From Takakia lepidozioides (taxonomy: Eukaryota; Plantae; Bryophyta), in NCBI GenBank assembly GCA_030704615.1, contig CM060733.1, positions 75,392,001-75,456,000 of the forward strand: DNA of 64,000 nucleotides. The letters run 5' to 3'. Positions 46,365 through 59,564 of the stretch are shown piece after piece. Both the position numbers and the translations under genes were made by a program. Below the pieces are notes generated by a model. That model did not search any database, was not told where the DNA came from, and saw nothing but the letters and a program-made list of their open reading frames with translations. Position 1 is the stretch's first letter, and each line of letters opens with the position of its first letter.

Positions 46365-48974
46365 ATGGTAGGGTTGAATCAGGCACAATTGCTTGAAGCA
46401 GGGGCTTCTGAAAGACAGATAAGACAGAGCTCTTCTGGCACTTGCGGGGATGTGAGGACGCCATGCAAGGCCGGACAACTGAAAGAGGCTCTATACGTTT
46501 TGAACAAAGAAGGCGTTTTGGTAGATTCACATGCTTGTGTCTGCCTTTTGCAAGAGTGCATCAAAATGAAAGACCTTGAAAGGGGAAAGCAGGTGCATGC
46601 CCACATTATCCAAAATGGATTCAAGCCAAACATCTTTGCACTGAACACCCTTGTCAACATGTATGCCAAGTGTGGGAGCCTGATGGATGCACGCCATGTA
46701 TTCAACAAAATGCCTAAACGGAATGTTTTTACATGGACTATCATGGTGGCAGGGTATGCAAAGCATGGGTGTGCTAGGGAGGCCTTCAGGATTTATCAGC
46801 AAATGATACAGAAAGGGGTTATGCCGAACAACATCACATTCATCTGCATTCTTAATGCTTGTGTGACCCTAGGGGCCCTGGACAAGGGCAAAGAGGTCCA
46901 CATTGACATCATCAAAGCTAGAATTCTGCCCGATAAGATTCTGGAGACAGCCCTTGCTGCCATGTATGTCAAATGTGGGAGTGTAAGAGATGCACATCAA
47001 GTGTTTGATAATATGGCTGAACGAGATGTGGTCTCATGGAATGCGGTGATTTCAGGATATGCTCAGCACAGGTGTGGTAGAGAAGCTTTGGAGATGTATG
47101 AGCAAATGATGTGGGAAGGGGTGACGGCCAACAATGTCACATACATTTGCGTCTTAAATGCGTGTGCAAGCCAGAAAGCCCTGGAAAAGGGCAAAGAGGT
47201 CCATACTCAAATCATCAATGCTGCAATCGATCAAGATATCAATCTAGAGAATTCCCTCATCGACATGTATGCCAAATGCGGGAGCATAAAGGATGCATGG
47301 CAAGTCTTTGAAAATATGGTTGAACGAGATGTGGTCTCATGGAATGCTATGATCAGAGGATATGCCCAGCATGGGTGTGGTAGGGAGGCATTTAAGATGT
47401 ATGAACAAATGATAAGGGACGGTGTGACGCCCAGCAAGGTCACATTCGTTTGCATCCTCAATGCCTGTGCCAACCTGGCAGATCTGGAAAGGGGCAAAGA
47501 GGTCCATGTTGCCATCATGGAAGCTGGAATTGTGCCAGATATCATTCTCGAGAATACCCTTGTCGACATGTATGCCAAATGTGGAAATATGAAGGATGCA
47601 TGTCAAGTGTTCCAAAACATGGCTCGGCGAGATGTCTTCTCGTGGAGTGCAATGATCACAGGATATGCTCAACATGGGTGTGTTAAAGAGGCTCTTGAGA
47701 TTTATGAGCGAATGATACGTGAAGGGGTGATGCCCAGCAGGGTCACATTCATTTCTGTTCTCAATGCATGTGCCAGGCTGGCAAACCTGGAAAGGGGCAA
47801 ATCAGTCCATGCTGACATCATGAAAGCCAGAATTGCGCCAGATATCATTCTTCAGAATACCCTTGTCGACATGTATGCCAAATGCGGGAGCATGAAGGAT
47901 GCGCTTCGAGTTTTCCACTATATGCAGGAACAGGATGTGGTTTCATGGAATGCAATGATTGCAGGATATGCTCAGAATGGGTGTGGTAGGGAGGCTTTTG
48001 AGATCTATCAGCATATGATACAGAAAGGGTTTGTGCCTGACAAGGTCACATTCAGTTGCGTTCTCAGTGCGTGTGTCAACCTAACATGCTTGGAAAAGGG
48101 CAAAGGGGTCCATGCTGACATCATCAAAGCTGGATTTGCACCAGATAACATTCTGGGGAATTCCCTTGTTGACATGTATGCCAAATGTGGGAGCATAAAG
48201 GATGCACACCAAGTGTTTGACAATATGGTTGAACGAGATGCGGTCGCCTGGAATGCGATGATCACTGGATACACTCAGCATGGGATGGGTAGGGAGGCTC
48301 TCGAGATCTATCAGAAAATGACATGGGAAGGCGTAAGGCCTGACAAGGTCACATTAATTTGTGTTCTCAATGCTTGTGCTGGCATGGCAGCCCTGGAAAA
48401 GGGCAAAGACGTCCATGCTGACATTCTGAAATATGGAATTGAACCACAGATTAATTTGCAGAATACCCTTATTGACATGTATGCCAAATGTGGGAGGGTG
48501 AAGGATGCACGCAAAATATTCGACGATATGGCTGAACAAGATGTGGTCTCATGGAATGCCATGATTGCAGGATATGGTCAGCATGGTTGTGGTAGGGAGG
48601 CCCTCCAGCTATTTGAACAAATGCAGCATGACACCTGGAAACCGAATAGTATCACCTTCATATGTGTTCTCTATGCATGTAGCCATGCAGGCCTAGTGGA
48701 TGAAGGAGAGCACTACTTTGATTCCATGAGTCGAGATTATGGTCTCAATCCCTCAGTGGAGCATTTTGGCTGCATGGTGGACCTTCTTGGCCGTGCTGGG
48801 CGATTGGATGAAGCAGAGGACTTCATTAACCAAATGCAAATCAAACCAGGTGTTTCGGCTTGGGGGGCCTTGCTTGGTGCCTGTAGAATTCATGACAATG
48901 TGGACGTAGCAGAACGTGTAGCAAAATGCCTCCTCAAGTGGGATCCATCGCACGCCGAAGTCTGGTACTGCTAA
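46365..48974 (+). CDS. PLS-class pentatricopeptide repeat protein (organellar RNA-editing factor type)
   Basis: Uninterrupted ORF (first ATG 46365) with seven L(V/I/A)xMYxKCG motifs at ~303-nt period, then E-domain sequence HFGCMVDLLGRAGRLDEAEDFI...WGALLGACRIH. An upstream exon is possible. Confidence 0.9.
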   Translation: MVGLNQAQLLEAGASERQIRQSSSGTCGDVRTPCKAGQLKEALYVLNKEGVLVDSHACVCLLQECIKMKDLERGKQVHAHIIQNGFKPNIFALNTLVNMYAKCGSLMDARHVFNKMPKRNVFTWTIMVAGYAKHGCAREAFRIYQQMIQKGVMPNNITFICILNACVTLGALDKGKEVHIDIIKARILPDKILETALAAMYVKCGSVRDAHQVFDNMAERDVVSWNAVISGYAQHRCGREALEMYEQMMWEGVTANNVTYICVLNACASQKALEKGKEVHTQIINAAIDQDINLENSLIDMYAKCGSIKDAWQVFENMVERDVVSWNAMIRGYAQHGCGREAFKMYEQMIRDGVTPSKVTFVCILNACANLADLERGKEVHVAIMEAGIVPDIILENTLVDMYAKCGNMKDACQVFQNMARRDVFSWSAMITGYAQHGCVKEALEIYERMIREGVMPSRVTFISVLNACARLANLERGKSVHADIMKARIAPDIILQNTLVDMYAKCGSMKDALRVFHYMQEQDVVSWNAMIAGYAQNGCGREAFEIYQHMIQKGFVPDKVTFSCVLSACVNLTCLEKGKGVHADIIKAGFAPDNILGNSLVDMYAKCGSIKDAHQVFDNMVERDAVAWNAMITGYTQHGMGREALEIYQKMTWEGVRPDKVTLICVLNACAGMAALEKGKDVHADILKYGIEPQINLQNTLIDMYAKCGRVKDARKIFDDMAEQDVVSWNAMIAGYGQHGCGREALQLFEQMQHDTWKPNSITFICVLYACSHAGLVDEGEHYFDSMSRDYGLNPSVEHFGCMVDLLGRAGRLDEAEDFINQMQIKPGVSAWGALLGACRIHDNVDVAERVAKCLLKWDPSHAEVWYC

Positions 48975-49431
48975 GGAACACAGTTGCTGCTGGTGGGAGT
49001 TTACAGAAATTTTGTGAAATTGATGCAGGAAAGAGGTGTCATAAAGAGCCAGGGCTCAGCCGCATTGAGGTGGATAACTGGGTTTATACATTCCTTGTAG
49101 AAGACAAATGCATCGGAAATCCATGCTGAGCTCAGAGGTTGACGAAGGAGGCCAGGTATGTGCTTGACACGCACGTTGTATTGCACGATGTGCAGGAGGA
49201 GCAGAAGGAAATTTTCTCTTTGCCATCGCAGTCAGAAGCTAACCATTGCTTTTTTGGCTGATCAGCACCGGGGACACCTACCTGTGTCATTAAGAGCCTT
49301 GTCATCTTTTGATTGCCACACCACCATCAAATTCATTTCGAAGATTGTTGGGCAAACGATTGTTGTTACATGTTACTAACTGCTTTCACCACTAGCAAGA
49401 CAGGGTTTGTTCTTGTGGGGATTGCTGGTGA
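48975..49431 (+). pseudogene. Frameshifted E+/DYW deaminase domain of the PPR gene
   Basis: Across frames: KEPGLSRIEVDNWVYTFLVEDK (PG box), CHRSQKLTIAF (HSE replaced by RSQ), DCHTTIKFISKIVGQTIVV and VCSCGDCW-stop (TGA 49429-49431). Confidence 0.85.
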
Positions 49432-50623
49432 AAGAAGCCACAGGCACGAAGGAAATTTTTCTGCTCCAAACATGAGGGTGGAAAGAGATAAGTTACAAAC
49501 GTATGCAAGAATACAAAGGAGATTGAAAGTAGATTGGTGTCGTGAGGTGAAAGGTGCTGGAGCCCACTTCACCTTGAAAACACATGAAATATTACTGCCA
49601 CTGTTCAGTGGCCGTATGTGAATGGCGACCATCACCATGGGCAGCCCACACAGAATCCTGACTGATATCAGTGTCTTTTTGCTGTGTTCTTTTGTTTAAG
49701 ATATGAAGGAATTTTTACACTTTTTGGCAAGTATTTCCTCAACTTAGGTGAATGGTATGATAGTAAGTTTGACAGGACCATCTTCTCTATGGTAGTCAAG
49801 TCTTAACAGTAGAGTGGCCGTTCCCTCCCCCATCTCCGCCAAGAAAAGTATTTCCCTTTCTCAAGCCCCTCGGTGGATCCTAGCAGCATGTATAATGAGG
49901 TCATGAGTCCACTACTCGATGAAATACGGAATTTAGCCTTGTGGTCGCTAGTTTCTTCTCCTCTTCTATTCCCTAACTCGTCCAAGAGTACCTCTGACTG
50001 TCAACATCTCTCAATCTAAGAATACCTCCAGGTCTAAACCCAACAAACATAATATTTACTGTACTAAAGGCTGAAAAACTGTGGATATCTTGTTTTTGCA
50101 GCAATTCCCTGCATGAGAACCACCAAAACGACCTGGGGATAGGCAGCACCTGCCGATTCGATAGAAGACTCAATCTTCAAAGGGAAGTGAGCAGGATCCA
50201 TCGGCATATGGCACTGATCACCAAGATGATGACAACGATGTGGGAATGGCAGGAAGACAGGAGGAGGAAGAGAATGATGAGGGCACTAGGAGGTTGGCAG
50301 ACCCAGGCAAGTGAGGGGATTGGGAGCTGACAAATATGACGATCTTGGTTGGTTCTCTTCCAGATTGCTGGGGTCATATTATACTGGGACCCGACCTCTC
50401 TGTTGTGTCTCTCTCCATTTCTTGTTCTTACAGGCCACCCTTTCATGAATCTGAATTGGTTAGTTCTTTTTTCTGTGCCGTTTCAATGCTGATGCACACT
50501 TACTGAATCACCAAGCAACATGATACCACGCATCAGATAGTCTGCTCATGGTTTCTCTACTCCAACTTCCCTCCTTTCCTGCACCATGCTATTGCACCAG
50601 ATGAGAGGTTACAGTTGTCAAGT

Positions 50624-50646
50624 ATGTGTGTGTGTGTGTGTGTGTC
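50624..50646. repeat. (TG)n microsatellite
   Basis: tgtgtgtgtgtgtgtgtgtgtgt. Confidence 0.9.
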
Positions 50647-51049
50647 TTCGGGTAACTGGACCTTCAATCTTCAACCTTTTTCATAGCAAATTCTGGATGT
50701 GGAATGCCAGAAGAGGGATGATAATGTCAGTATTGATAGTAAGGGGGGTTTGTATTCTTACTGGCCACCATCCGCCTTGTATGGCCTGAGATCACTGGCT
50801 TGAGGTTACTCAGGTGTGGGATCCAGCATCAGATCCATTCCACCCTGCAGAGACAAGCAATCAGAGGGGAGGAGGTTTACAATTGGAGGTGGAATTCCGA
50901 GAGGTACCAAGGCCTGGGGGGAGACCATCGGGGTGGGGGGGGGATACTGCCTTGTGCTGGAAACTCCCGAAATCACCTTGGGAGCTGAGCTCCTCACTAC
51001 CTGCAATGGGCATAGGTTGTTTACCCTGAATAGGTTTTGCCTTAACAGG

Positions 51050-51890
51050 CTCCCCCAAAGGAAATTTCGAATTAGAGCTTTAATGCAACCAAGAAGGGGG
51101 GAGCCAGGGTCCCACACTGAAGCAGTAAATTACCAAAGGGATGCCAAAAGAACCTGATTGACGACAAGGGCTCTACCAGCCAGCGAAAGCTGAGCTGAGC
51201 TCTGCTTAAGGTGAGACATAACAGAAGAGTAGCGGTGAGCCGGGGAAAGGTTGTGCCCAATCAGATGCCCCAAAAGGGTATGAGACTCACCGTCCTCCAA
51301 CCACCGAATACCTCTATCTTGTCCCCACAGTATGCCTGACCCGCGGAGACTCCAGAGAGAGAATCCCAATCGTTTTATTCCCAATTTACCTTGAAACCAG
51401 AAGCCAAACAGAAACAATCCAAGGCTTGGAACCCCAATTCAATGTTTGACTGGTTAGTATTTTGAAGATAAAGCACCGTGTCATCCGCATACATCGAAAC
51501 CTTGTGATTATGAGGAGGAGCCGCATGGATTGGGATTTGGAGCCCCAGCAGATCCCTCTTAGCATCCATCAAATACCCCAAACAATCGGCGGCAATTAAA
51601 AAGAGGAAAGGGGAAAGGGGACAACCTTGCCTTACCGACCTTTGAAGAGGGAAGGGAGAAGAAAGATAACCTTTGGTCATGACTCTGCTAGAACCAGAGA
51701 ACAAGAGGATTTTGATCCAATCCAGGAAATCGCCATTAATGCCGGATTTTTGAATGGCTTGGAGCAAGAAGCCCCAGTTAGTCCTATCAAAAGCCTTTTC
51801 AAAGTCCAACATCAGCATGGCCATAGGTCGGTTAGAGTCCGTGGCAAATTGAAGGGCCTCATTGGCCAGAAGGATCAATATATGAAGCGA
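51050..51890 (-). mobile_element. L1/Tx1-type LINE reverse transcriptase fragment
   Basis: LDFEKAFDRTNW, SVRQGCPLSPFLF, MYADDTVLYL, LSLAGRALVVNQVLLASLW, IRNFLWG. Confidence 0.88.
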
Positions 51891-51899
51891 GAAGTTTGA

Positions 51900-52580
51900 T
51901 TGTTTGTTTTGTAGCGTCGTTGAGATCTCCCAAATTAAACCGCGGGCCCCAGCCTTGGTGCTTGGCACCGTTGGAAAGCCCTCGATGAGGAGGGGTGCAC
52001 CGACTTGGTCTCATAAGTTTTGGACCCGCGGTGTGGGAGATATCAAATTCCAAGTACTTTGGGTCGCTGGAAAGTCGGGAAAAACAGCAAAGTGGCCTTT
52101 CTTGGAGCAATGATTGGCCCTTCATGTGGGAGATTTGGATGTTTAAGTACTTTTGGTCGCTGAAAATTTGCAAAAAATAGCAAAATGGATATATCAATAT
52201 ATGAAGCCTCGATAGGGGAAATTGCAAAAATAGCAAAGTGGGTTTTGTTGGAACAATGACATGGACATCTCCCAAATTGCAGGGTCTGGATGCATATGGG
52301 ATTGCACTTGGACTTAGATGACATTGGACACTGGAGGTCGAACTTGGGCCTCTACATAGGAAAAGCACTTGGATACATAGGAGATTGCACTTGGGCTTAG
52401 ATTTCAGTTCTTCACACATGGGCCAATGGCACAGGCTACCCTAGGCCTAGATCTCCCAAACATGAGGGTTTCTGGATACATAGGCGATTGCACTTGGACT
52501 TAGATGGCACTGGACACTTGGGCCAACGGCACAAGCCGACATGGCCTTGGAAATACTTCATTTGGAGACACATCTCGAGA
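51900..52580. repeat. Unclassified insertion with internal repeats
   Basis: ggat(a/g)catag...gattgcacttgg(a/g)cttagat three times (~52288, 52372, 52474) and repeated gatctcccaaa. Confidence 0.5.
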
Positions 52581-55330
52581 TCTATCCCTCTTCGAGTCAC
52601 CTTTGGTCTCATAGTCTTAGATGGTTGGTGCAAGATAGGAGGTGCAACCGATGGTCTCGTGGGGGGTTTGCAGCTTGGCATGCGATTTGAAAACTTGGAC
52701 CTGTTTAAGGGAGTATCTGTACCAAACCCCTCATCTTCTTTGGAATGAAGTGATGATGCAGCCAATTTTTGTAATATGCAGTTGGACAATGAGTGCTTGG
52801 CCTCGGGTGTGGCTCACTGGGCTACCAGGGAAGACAATGGTATTTTGTTGGTAAGTGATGTCTGGGATCAGTGACCAGCAGATAAAATGCTTGATCTTCA
52901 TCACAATACTGTTCGTTCCGCGTGGCATATCATATCACTTGCCTTGCAGGACACATGGTTGGCCCCCCCCCCCCTTTGGATGGGAAAAGAGGCCTGGCAG
53001 CCTCCAGCCTGGCATGGCTGCCTGGGGGGGCAACTTTGTGATGTGATGTATATTGAAAGGATTCAAAACCAGGTGGCCTTTGGGTTGGGATTTAGTGTGT
53101 CTGATAACAGTTTACTGAATTGTTTGGGTGAGCTCCAGGGAAATAAGAACGATACCTTTGCTATCAGGGTCATTGATCTGGTTGGTTTAGTGGCTACAAT
53201 GGAGTAGATACGCTTATGCAAAGGGGGAGGCAGATAGAAGCTAGCGCGTGAGCCGCTCACGTGAGTAGGCTCACGATTTGCACACTAAGCATGATCAGAT
53301 TCTAAGTGTGAGCACATTAGAGAAGCACAGCCTATAACCGAGGGAAAAATAGGGCCTATCACCGTGGATGCAAACCCTTGTGAAATGGAAAGTCGCGGAA
53401 GCTGCCAGGGACCAAATACGAGCGATAGGAAATGCAAACAAGACGGAACTTGGACAATGTTGGTAGGAATTGGTGTGGTGGTAGAGATGATAGGCCTAAC
53501 GTTGCCAACATAATAAGTACTCTTTTGGTCGTGTTCAATTAGAATAATCCACCGTCTTATAGAGTATATATGGGAAATGGGTTGCAAAAATTGAAGTCAT
53601 TAAGAAAAAACGATTGGACCAAATTGAACCACGAACATTGAGACAAATAACACACAGGAACTAGTGGAACATAGCAATTGCAATGCAGAATTCCGTGAGC
53701 AGAATTAACCTCTCCTCCGAGACTCCATCATGGCAAGTCAGCTTCGTTGACAAGTTTGATCTGTCTCGGCAAATCCAATCTCGTATGGTGAGGAGGAGTA
53801 TCGAGCTGGGTCAGTTTGTCAGTCTGCCTCCTCATTTCTGTCACCTTCCTTCGCTACAAGAAATCAGAGCAGAAGTTGTGACCGTCGACCATCACGACAT
53901 CTTCCTAAATGCAATGCAAAAAAAAAAAAACACTTAGAAATCAGAACAGAAATGATGATCGTCGACGATTATCACGACATCTACCCAAATGCCAAAAATA
54001 AATAAAAATAACCCCCATAAATCAGAGCAGAAGTGATGATCGTCACGACATCTACCCAAATTTCAAATGCAGAAAAAAAGAAAAAAGAAAAAAGAACCCT
54101 TCGAAAAGTGATGTCGACGATCATCACGACATCCCATTTGTGGACTTGTTGTGTTCACAAAAATATGGACTACTGTCCGTATTTTGACATCTCCTACCCG
54201 CGGTAATAGGCCTTTTGTGCCTTTGCTGTCCGCGGTTATAGGCCCCATGCGGTCCACGTCACCATGAAACGTGTTTTTCGCTCACGTGAGCGGCTCACAA
54301 AATAGCATTCCCCGATAATGCAATTTCAGTTTTTTGGTTCCTCAAGTGTCATCTGTTCCAACTCCCTTGGGACCCAGGTGAGTGGCGGTGGTGTGTGAAT
54401 GATTCAACAAAACCGTTCTTTTCCTTCTCAGTCAAACTTGGATATAAAATGCAATACCCCTTTTTGGCTATTGACTCCAAACTTTCCAAGAAATGGGCTC
54501 ATCTCGTGCCCCGAGGTTCAGCCAAGAGCCTGGAAATGTATTTGGGCTGATGTCTGGCTTAAACAAAGGGCAGCTAAGATTTCGGCTTTCCTGTGGAAAC
54601 TCTGCAATAGGATTCTTCTTTTCTCCTCCTCCCAACCTTCTCCTCATAACCTCTGTCTTTCGTGTTATGACATGTAGGCAGAATCTTTGGAGCATTGCTT
54701 TGCCTCATGTTTCTTTGCTAAACACATCTGGAAAAGGTTCAGTCACTTTATAGCCCCTGGAAGCGGTTTGACTTCAACAACCCTCTTGTTCTCTTTCTTA
54801 ATTTTTCTAACTCCATATCTTGGCACTCTTTTCAAGTCTAGAATTGCCTGAGGGCACTATCTCTTTGGCATATTTGGAAGGCAAGGTGTTCATTGGTTTT
54901 TGATCAAAAACCATGTAACACTAAAGCTACTTTGCATCATATCTACTTGGTTGAAGGGCACAAGATTTGGGGGGTGGTGTTGGATATAGTTTGTAGATGT
55001 GTTGAGGGCAGAAGGACAGCCCTCCTCTCGCAATATGATGCAGAGTGGGCTCATCTTGGAATACTGTGCAAACGTGAGGGAACCAATGTCTGCAGGTCAT
55101 CTAGACCTCCAATCGACTAGGGACTCACTCCCCTAGCCATTGGGCTTCTCATGGGGAGCCTGAAGAGCGAGACATAAACTGGAGGCATAGAAAAAACAGG
55201 GATTCCAATGTTCGTGCGCACCTCAACTTCGAGACTCTTAGGCAGAAACGTGGTTAGATTATAGCTCTATTGATGGGGATCCTCATCCCCCTGGCTTTCT
55301 TAGATAGTTTTTTTCTTTGCTTGGCTGTAG
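52580..55330 (+). mobile_element. L1/Tx1-type LINE 3' part (zf-RVT region), interrupted by a MITE
   Basis: WKCIWADVW...KISAFLWKLCNRIL...CLSC...ESLEHCFASCFFAKHIWK and LWHIWKARCSLVFD. Confidence 0.65.
53237..54313. mobile_element. Non-autonomous TIR element (MITE-like), ~1.08 kb
   Basis: Left end gctagcgcgtgagccgctcacgtgag and right end ctcacgtgagcggctcacaaaatagc are inverted. Inverted subterminal gcctataaccg motifs, internal tandem units at 53860-54135, and GATA on both flanks (possible TSD). Confidence 0.7.
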
Positions 55331-56471
55331 GTTTTGATTCAGTTTCAGGACTGTTTGTTCTCCTAGGAGTAGTTGGTTATAACACTAGCTTTTTCTTCAC
55401 TGACTCTGGCCTTCTTAGACTCTCTTCAATTTTCTGGCGTGTTCCAGATGAAGATGATCATTTTCTCTTAGATAGCTATTTTTTGGCAGACATGGCTCAC
55501 AATCCGCTGGTAAAACAGTAAGCCTTGTCTGATGTAGAGTTTCCCTAGGTGATTGGTTTTGGGGTGCTACCCAATCGCTTGCAATGTAGCCTCATGGCCT
55601 TCTGTCTTGGTTATTTTCTCCAAGACACCTTTTACTAATATGATTTGAAGGGCCTCCGTCCCCTTTCTTTTATTAAAAAAATAAATTGGAGCCATCTTGC
55701 AATTTAAATTTATATAATCTCCAATCCAAATGTGCACAAAATCGATTATCAATAAATTAACTAAAGTTTGACATCTTGTCACCGGTAATACACAGCAATG
55801 CGGAGTTGTTCTATATTGGTTCAGTTGCTGCCCTTCTTGTGCCAAGTGATTAGCCGCTTCGTTTCCAAAGATTAGTGTAGGATCTGACTTTCAAATACGC
55901 TTTTTGTGGCTCAACGGAACCAACAACAACAAGCCAATACTCTTGAGGAAAAGAGATATTGGCTTCATGAAGATGATTCCCCCCAACCTTTGGAGTTTTT
56001 CAATGTGTGACACATTGTGGTGGTGGAAATTATCAAGGCTGTGGAGAAGAAACATCTTACTGGTGCTAAGGTTACAAACGTCAGTTTCCAACAAGAAGAA
56101 GTGAAATGCGGTGTATGAGTCAATTGACATCTGCTTTGATTGGGTATGTGGGATTCACTACATATGTTCCTTCTCCATTCACATGTGTTGAACTCACCAT
56201 AGATAGACTTGAGTTCTTGATAGGTGATGGCAAGGTGGGGCATCTCACCTTGGAGGTCTCACCCAATGCATTATCCATCTTAGTTACCAACTGATAGTTG
56301 TATTATTGTGTCAAAAAGTTGATGAACTTGAACATGTGAAGGGCCATAGATTTCAAATTGAGAGACCCCTAGGTCCAACCTATGGATTACCCAGGAAGGT
56401 CCATTAATCATATCTTTGTGGGCCCATGTTGTGTCAAAAGTCACTTTGTCATGCAAAGGAGCTCCCTCCAA

Positions 56472-56651
56472 AATAAATAAATATAGATGCCTCCCAAAGG
56501 GAGCGTAAATTATGGTGTCTCTTCACCACAAGGGCTACTGCCTTCAAGTTGAAAGGTGGACACCTTCATGACACACCACACCGTGGTTTGAACCCACATC
56601 CGCATCCAACGTGGTATGTGCCCATTACCACTGGCCTACATGCTGGTTGTC
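56472..56651 (-). mobile_element. tRNA-derived SINE, copy 2
   Basis: A-box-like TAGGCCAGTGG, B-box-like GGTTCAAAC, T-rich tail, 13-bp TSD GAGCTCCCTCCAA (56459-56471 and 56652-56664). Confidence 0.85.
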
Positions 56652-57432
56652 GAGCTCCCTCCAATTCATGCGCAACCATGTCATCACACTAATCCTAGGG
56701 AGGTCCACGATCCTCTATCCTCCTCTTGCCTTGCTCCTTTCCTCTAATAGTAGACCTTGTTGGAGTACTGGAGTTGGTGATTGTGTGGCTCCACACTCTC
56801 TCTCTCTCCGATTGAATGGAAAATAACACCACGCTGTATCCTGAAGGAAAGAAGTCTTAAGGTGGCGTGCAGTGATCAAAATTATGAATCTTTACTCAGA
56901 TTCAATATCTGCTCAGGCTGAATGGAGAGTAATCAGAGGAATAACCCTGAAGGGCATAAGGACGGTGAACTAATCATGGGAGAAAGCAAGCAAAAACATT
57001 TCTGGTCATGTTGGATCTCCACAGCAGCATGGTATCTGTAAGACATGCACGCTTTCACGTCTGTTTGCAGCCTAGTTTGCTGCTCAACAAATGACTTAAC
57101 ACTGTTCTCCCTTTGAAAGGAGTAGCACAAACCTACCACCAAAGACAATCCCTCAAGTGAATTCTACGTGTGGCAAAACGTACATAACCGCCAAAATCTT
57201 AGAACATGATTTCTTCGCCTTCTTTCAAGATTGAACCCCTGCTCCCTGAGTGTGGGACCTATAATTGGGCTATAGTTTGATGCAGCATCTGTCAAAGCTC
57301 CGGCCATCCTAAATTTGATCGGAGGGTAAGACCAGGTAAAGACCCTCCAACCCACTGGGTAGATGAATTGCACAAACCATCCACACCTGGGGTCACCTAC
57401 ACTTCAAATCTAGACTATTGTTCCCATTATCT

Positions 57433-59118
57433 CTACCCAAGTGTGCTCTTCCTGTTTGCGTCAAACTCACCCTCCCCAGTCCATTTACCGTACTTCTGTT
57501 TCATCTTTTCTGCCAACTGGGAGGCTTTTGAATCCTCTCTTCTGGCTGCCCGTCTGTCAGACTCAGCTTGCGCACGGCCTAAATCAGCTCGGGGCCTGTT
57601 GGTCATCTCAATATCTTCATAGTAATCCACAAGGTCGCAGCAGTTCACGCATATTCCCATGACAAGCACCGCCACCTGCAAGAAAGACACCATATTATCA
57701 CTCTGTCCCTTCTGTATTTCATGGTCTGTCTACTTGCAAAACACCACAGAAACACACGATGAGTCACAAGGAGGTCAAAAGTTTTGATGTCACTTCAAAT
57801 CTACACACAGTGAAAGACACTTCTGAAAATTAATTGGGATGGCTGGTGGTCAGCAGAATTGGTCAGCAACAATGTAAACTCTACTTAAGGGTGTCACACT
57901 GAAACACGTGTATTCAAATAGTTGTTTTCTGTCTGGAAACCTCTCCAATCATTCCAATGCACACCACTGACGAAGTGTTTTCAGGCCAAATCTTATTGCA
58001 AGCCATTGGATTGAGGGTCTAAGTCTGCCTGGCAATTAGTCACTTGTAACTGTTGAGTTGATGTCAGAGCAGTAATAGAAATGGATGCACTAATTTGAAG
58101 GGACAAACTGAGAATTTGCAAGCTACCAACTACAGGTTTAGTGAAAATCCTGGGGAGGGGAGTGATAGCAGACAATAGGCTACTTGAATGAGACAAACCC
58201 AACGCTTCAGCCATGTAGGATGAAAATCTTACCAACTCCTATCCTATGAAGACAAGAACATACAATATTAGGGTAAATAAGCTTGTGTAACAAGCATATC
58301 AACTACTTCCAGTAACATATAAACTGACTAGTAACACCACTGTAGAGGTCTATGCAAAGGCCATACCTTTATATCAGAATGCCCTACTTGGCAAGCCCTC
58401 AACTACTCCAAGCATATTCACGAAACAAATTGGAAACGGAAGTCAACATTTGATAAATTCATGGCCTTAAACATATCTCAACAGGCATCTATCTCCTAAT
58501 TACCTTGCCAATCACTGCCTTTAGCAGAGAAGGGAAATGACTACCTTCGTGCCATGAAGACAACCAAAGAAGCCGAGTGTCAAACAGACTCAAATACACG
58601 GTCCCAACAGGTCCCAGACAACGTCGGAAGAAAGACACATACACACATGCAATCATGGGCACATACGAAATTCAACCAGTGAGTGCTAAGTGAATCCATC
58701 AACGAGATGAACAACTGACCTGGATGCAGAATGTGATGAAGAAGACGGCAGCCTCAAGCTTGACTACCTTCAAGGCACTGGTTCTACTGTTCTTGTAGTT
58801 CAGTTTATCTACAACCTGAGAAGGTTTGAAGAAAACCACCAGCGCTGCAGCAATGAGACCAATGAGCGAGAAGACGAGGAGAACGAACTGCCATGTGAAA
58901 CAACCTCGGCGGGTACTTGAGCAAAGCCCTAGCAACCCAGCAGCCACTGTCACCCCACCCACAATTATGAAGAGCCATCCCACCCTGCTAGGTGAATGCT
59001 CAAGTGCAAAGACTATGATTATGGAGGCAATCCCCCCAAGTGTAGACAGAAGGTTGAGAATAAAGAGGAGGGTTGTTGATGCGACGGCAACATGACCTTT
59101 GATCGACCTCCCTGCCAT
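57433..59118 (-). CDS. Two-exon ~213-aa four-TM membrane protein (exons 59118-58720 and 57675-57433)
   Basis: Phase-0 GT-AG intron joins ...FFITFCIQ|VAVLVMG... There are four hydrophobic segments and a charged C-terminus, LAEKMKQKYGKW, of a kind seen in uncharacterised plant proteins. Confidence 0.8.
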
Positions 59119-59533
59119 GCTTGCAGCTGTACAGGTTTTCCAGCTGTTCAGAACCACACAGGGCTGTCAGAAGCAAATCCCACAAGGATAAAATAGTTGC
59201 CCCCAAAATTACGAATGCATGCTGCGGGTAAGTGTGATGACAAATAGTCTTACTCATATACACCTCCCATAATCATCACAAACCGTTGAGCACACAGTCC
59301 CTGAAGAACACTAAATCTCTCAGAACCACTTTAGGAGTTGTATACCGAGAGGGCATGGCAATCTTGCACAGATGCTGCCAATCTGATAAGGGAGGATAGA
59401 GTGTTCTAAGAACTCCATTTGCAAATTTTTTTGAGAGAGAGAATGTACTCACGAGACTTTGCTATAGCCTAGTGGCCATAGACCCGGTGCCCAGTTTGGG
59501 CAGAAGAGAGAGAAGACATTGTTTCCTGTAGCT

Positions 59534-59564
<31 letters not shown>
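59534..59564. repeat. (GA)n microsatellite
   Basis: agagagagagagagagaaagagagagagaga. Confidence 0.85.

Noticed and set aside
55560-56460. Short ORFs suggesting an old TE
   Set aside because: Too degenerate to assign.
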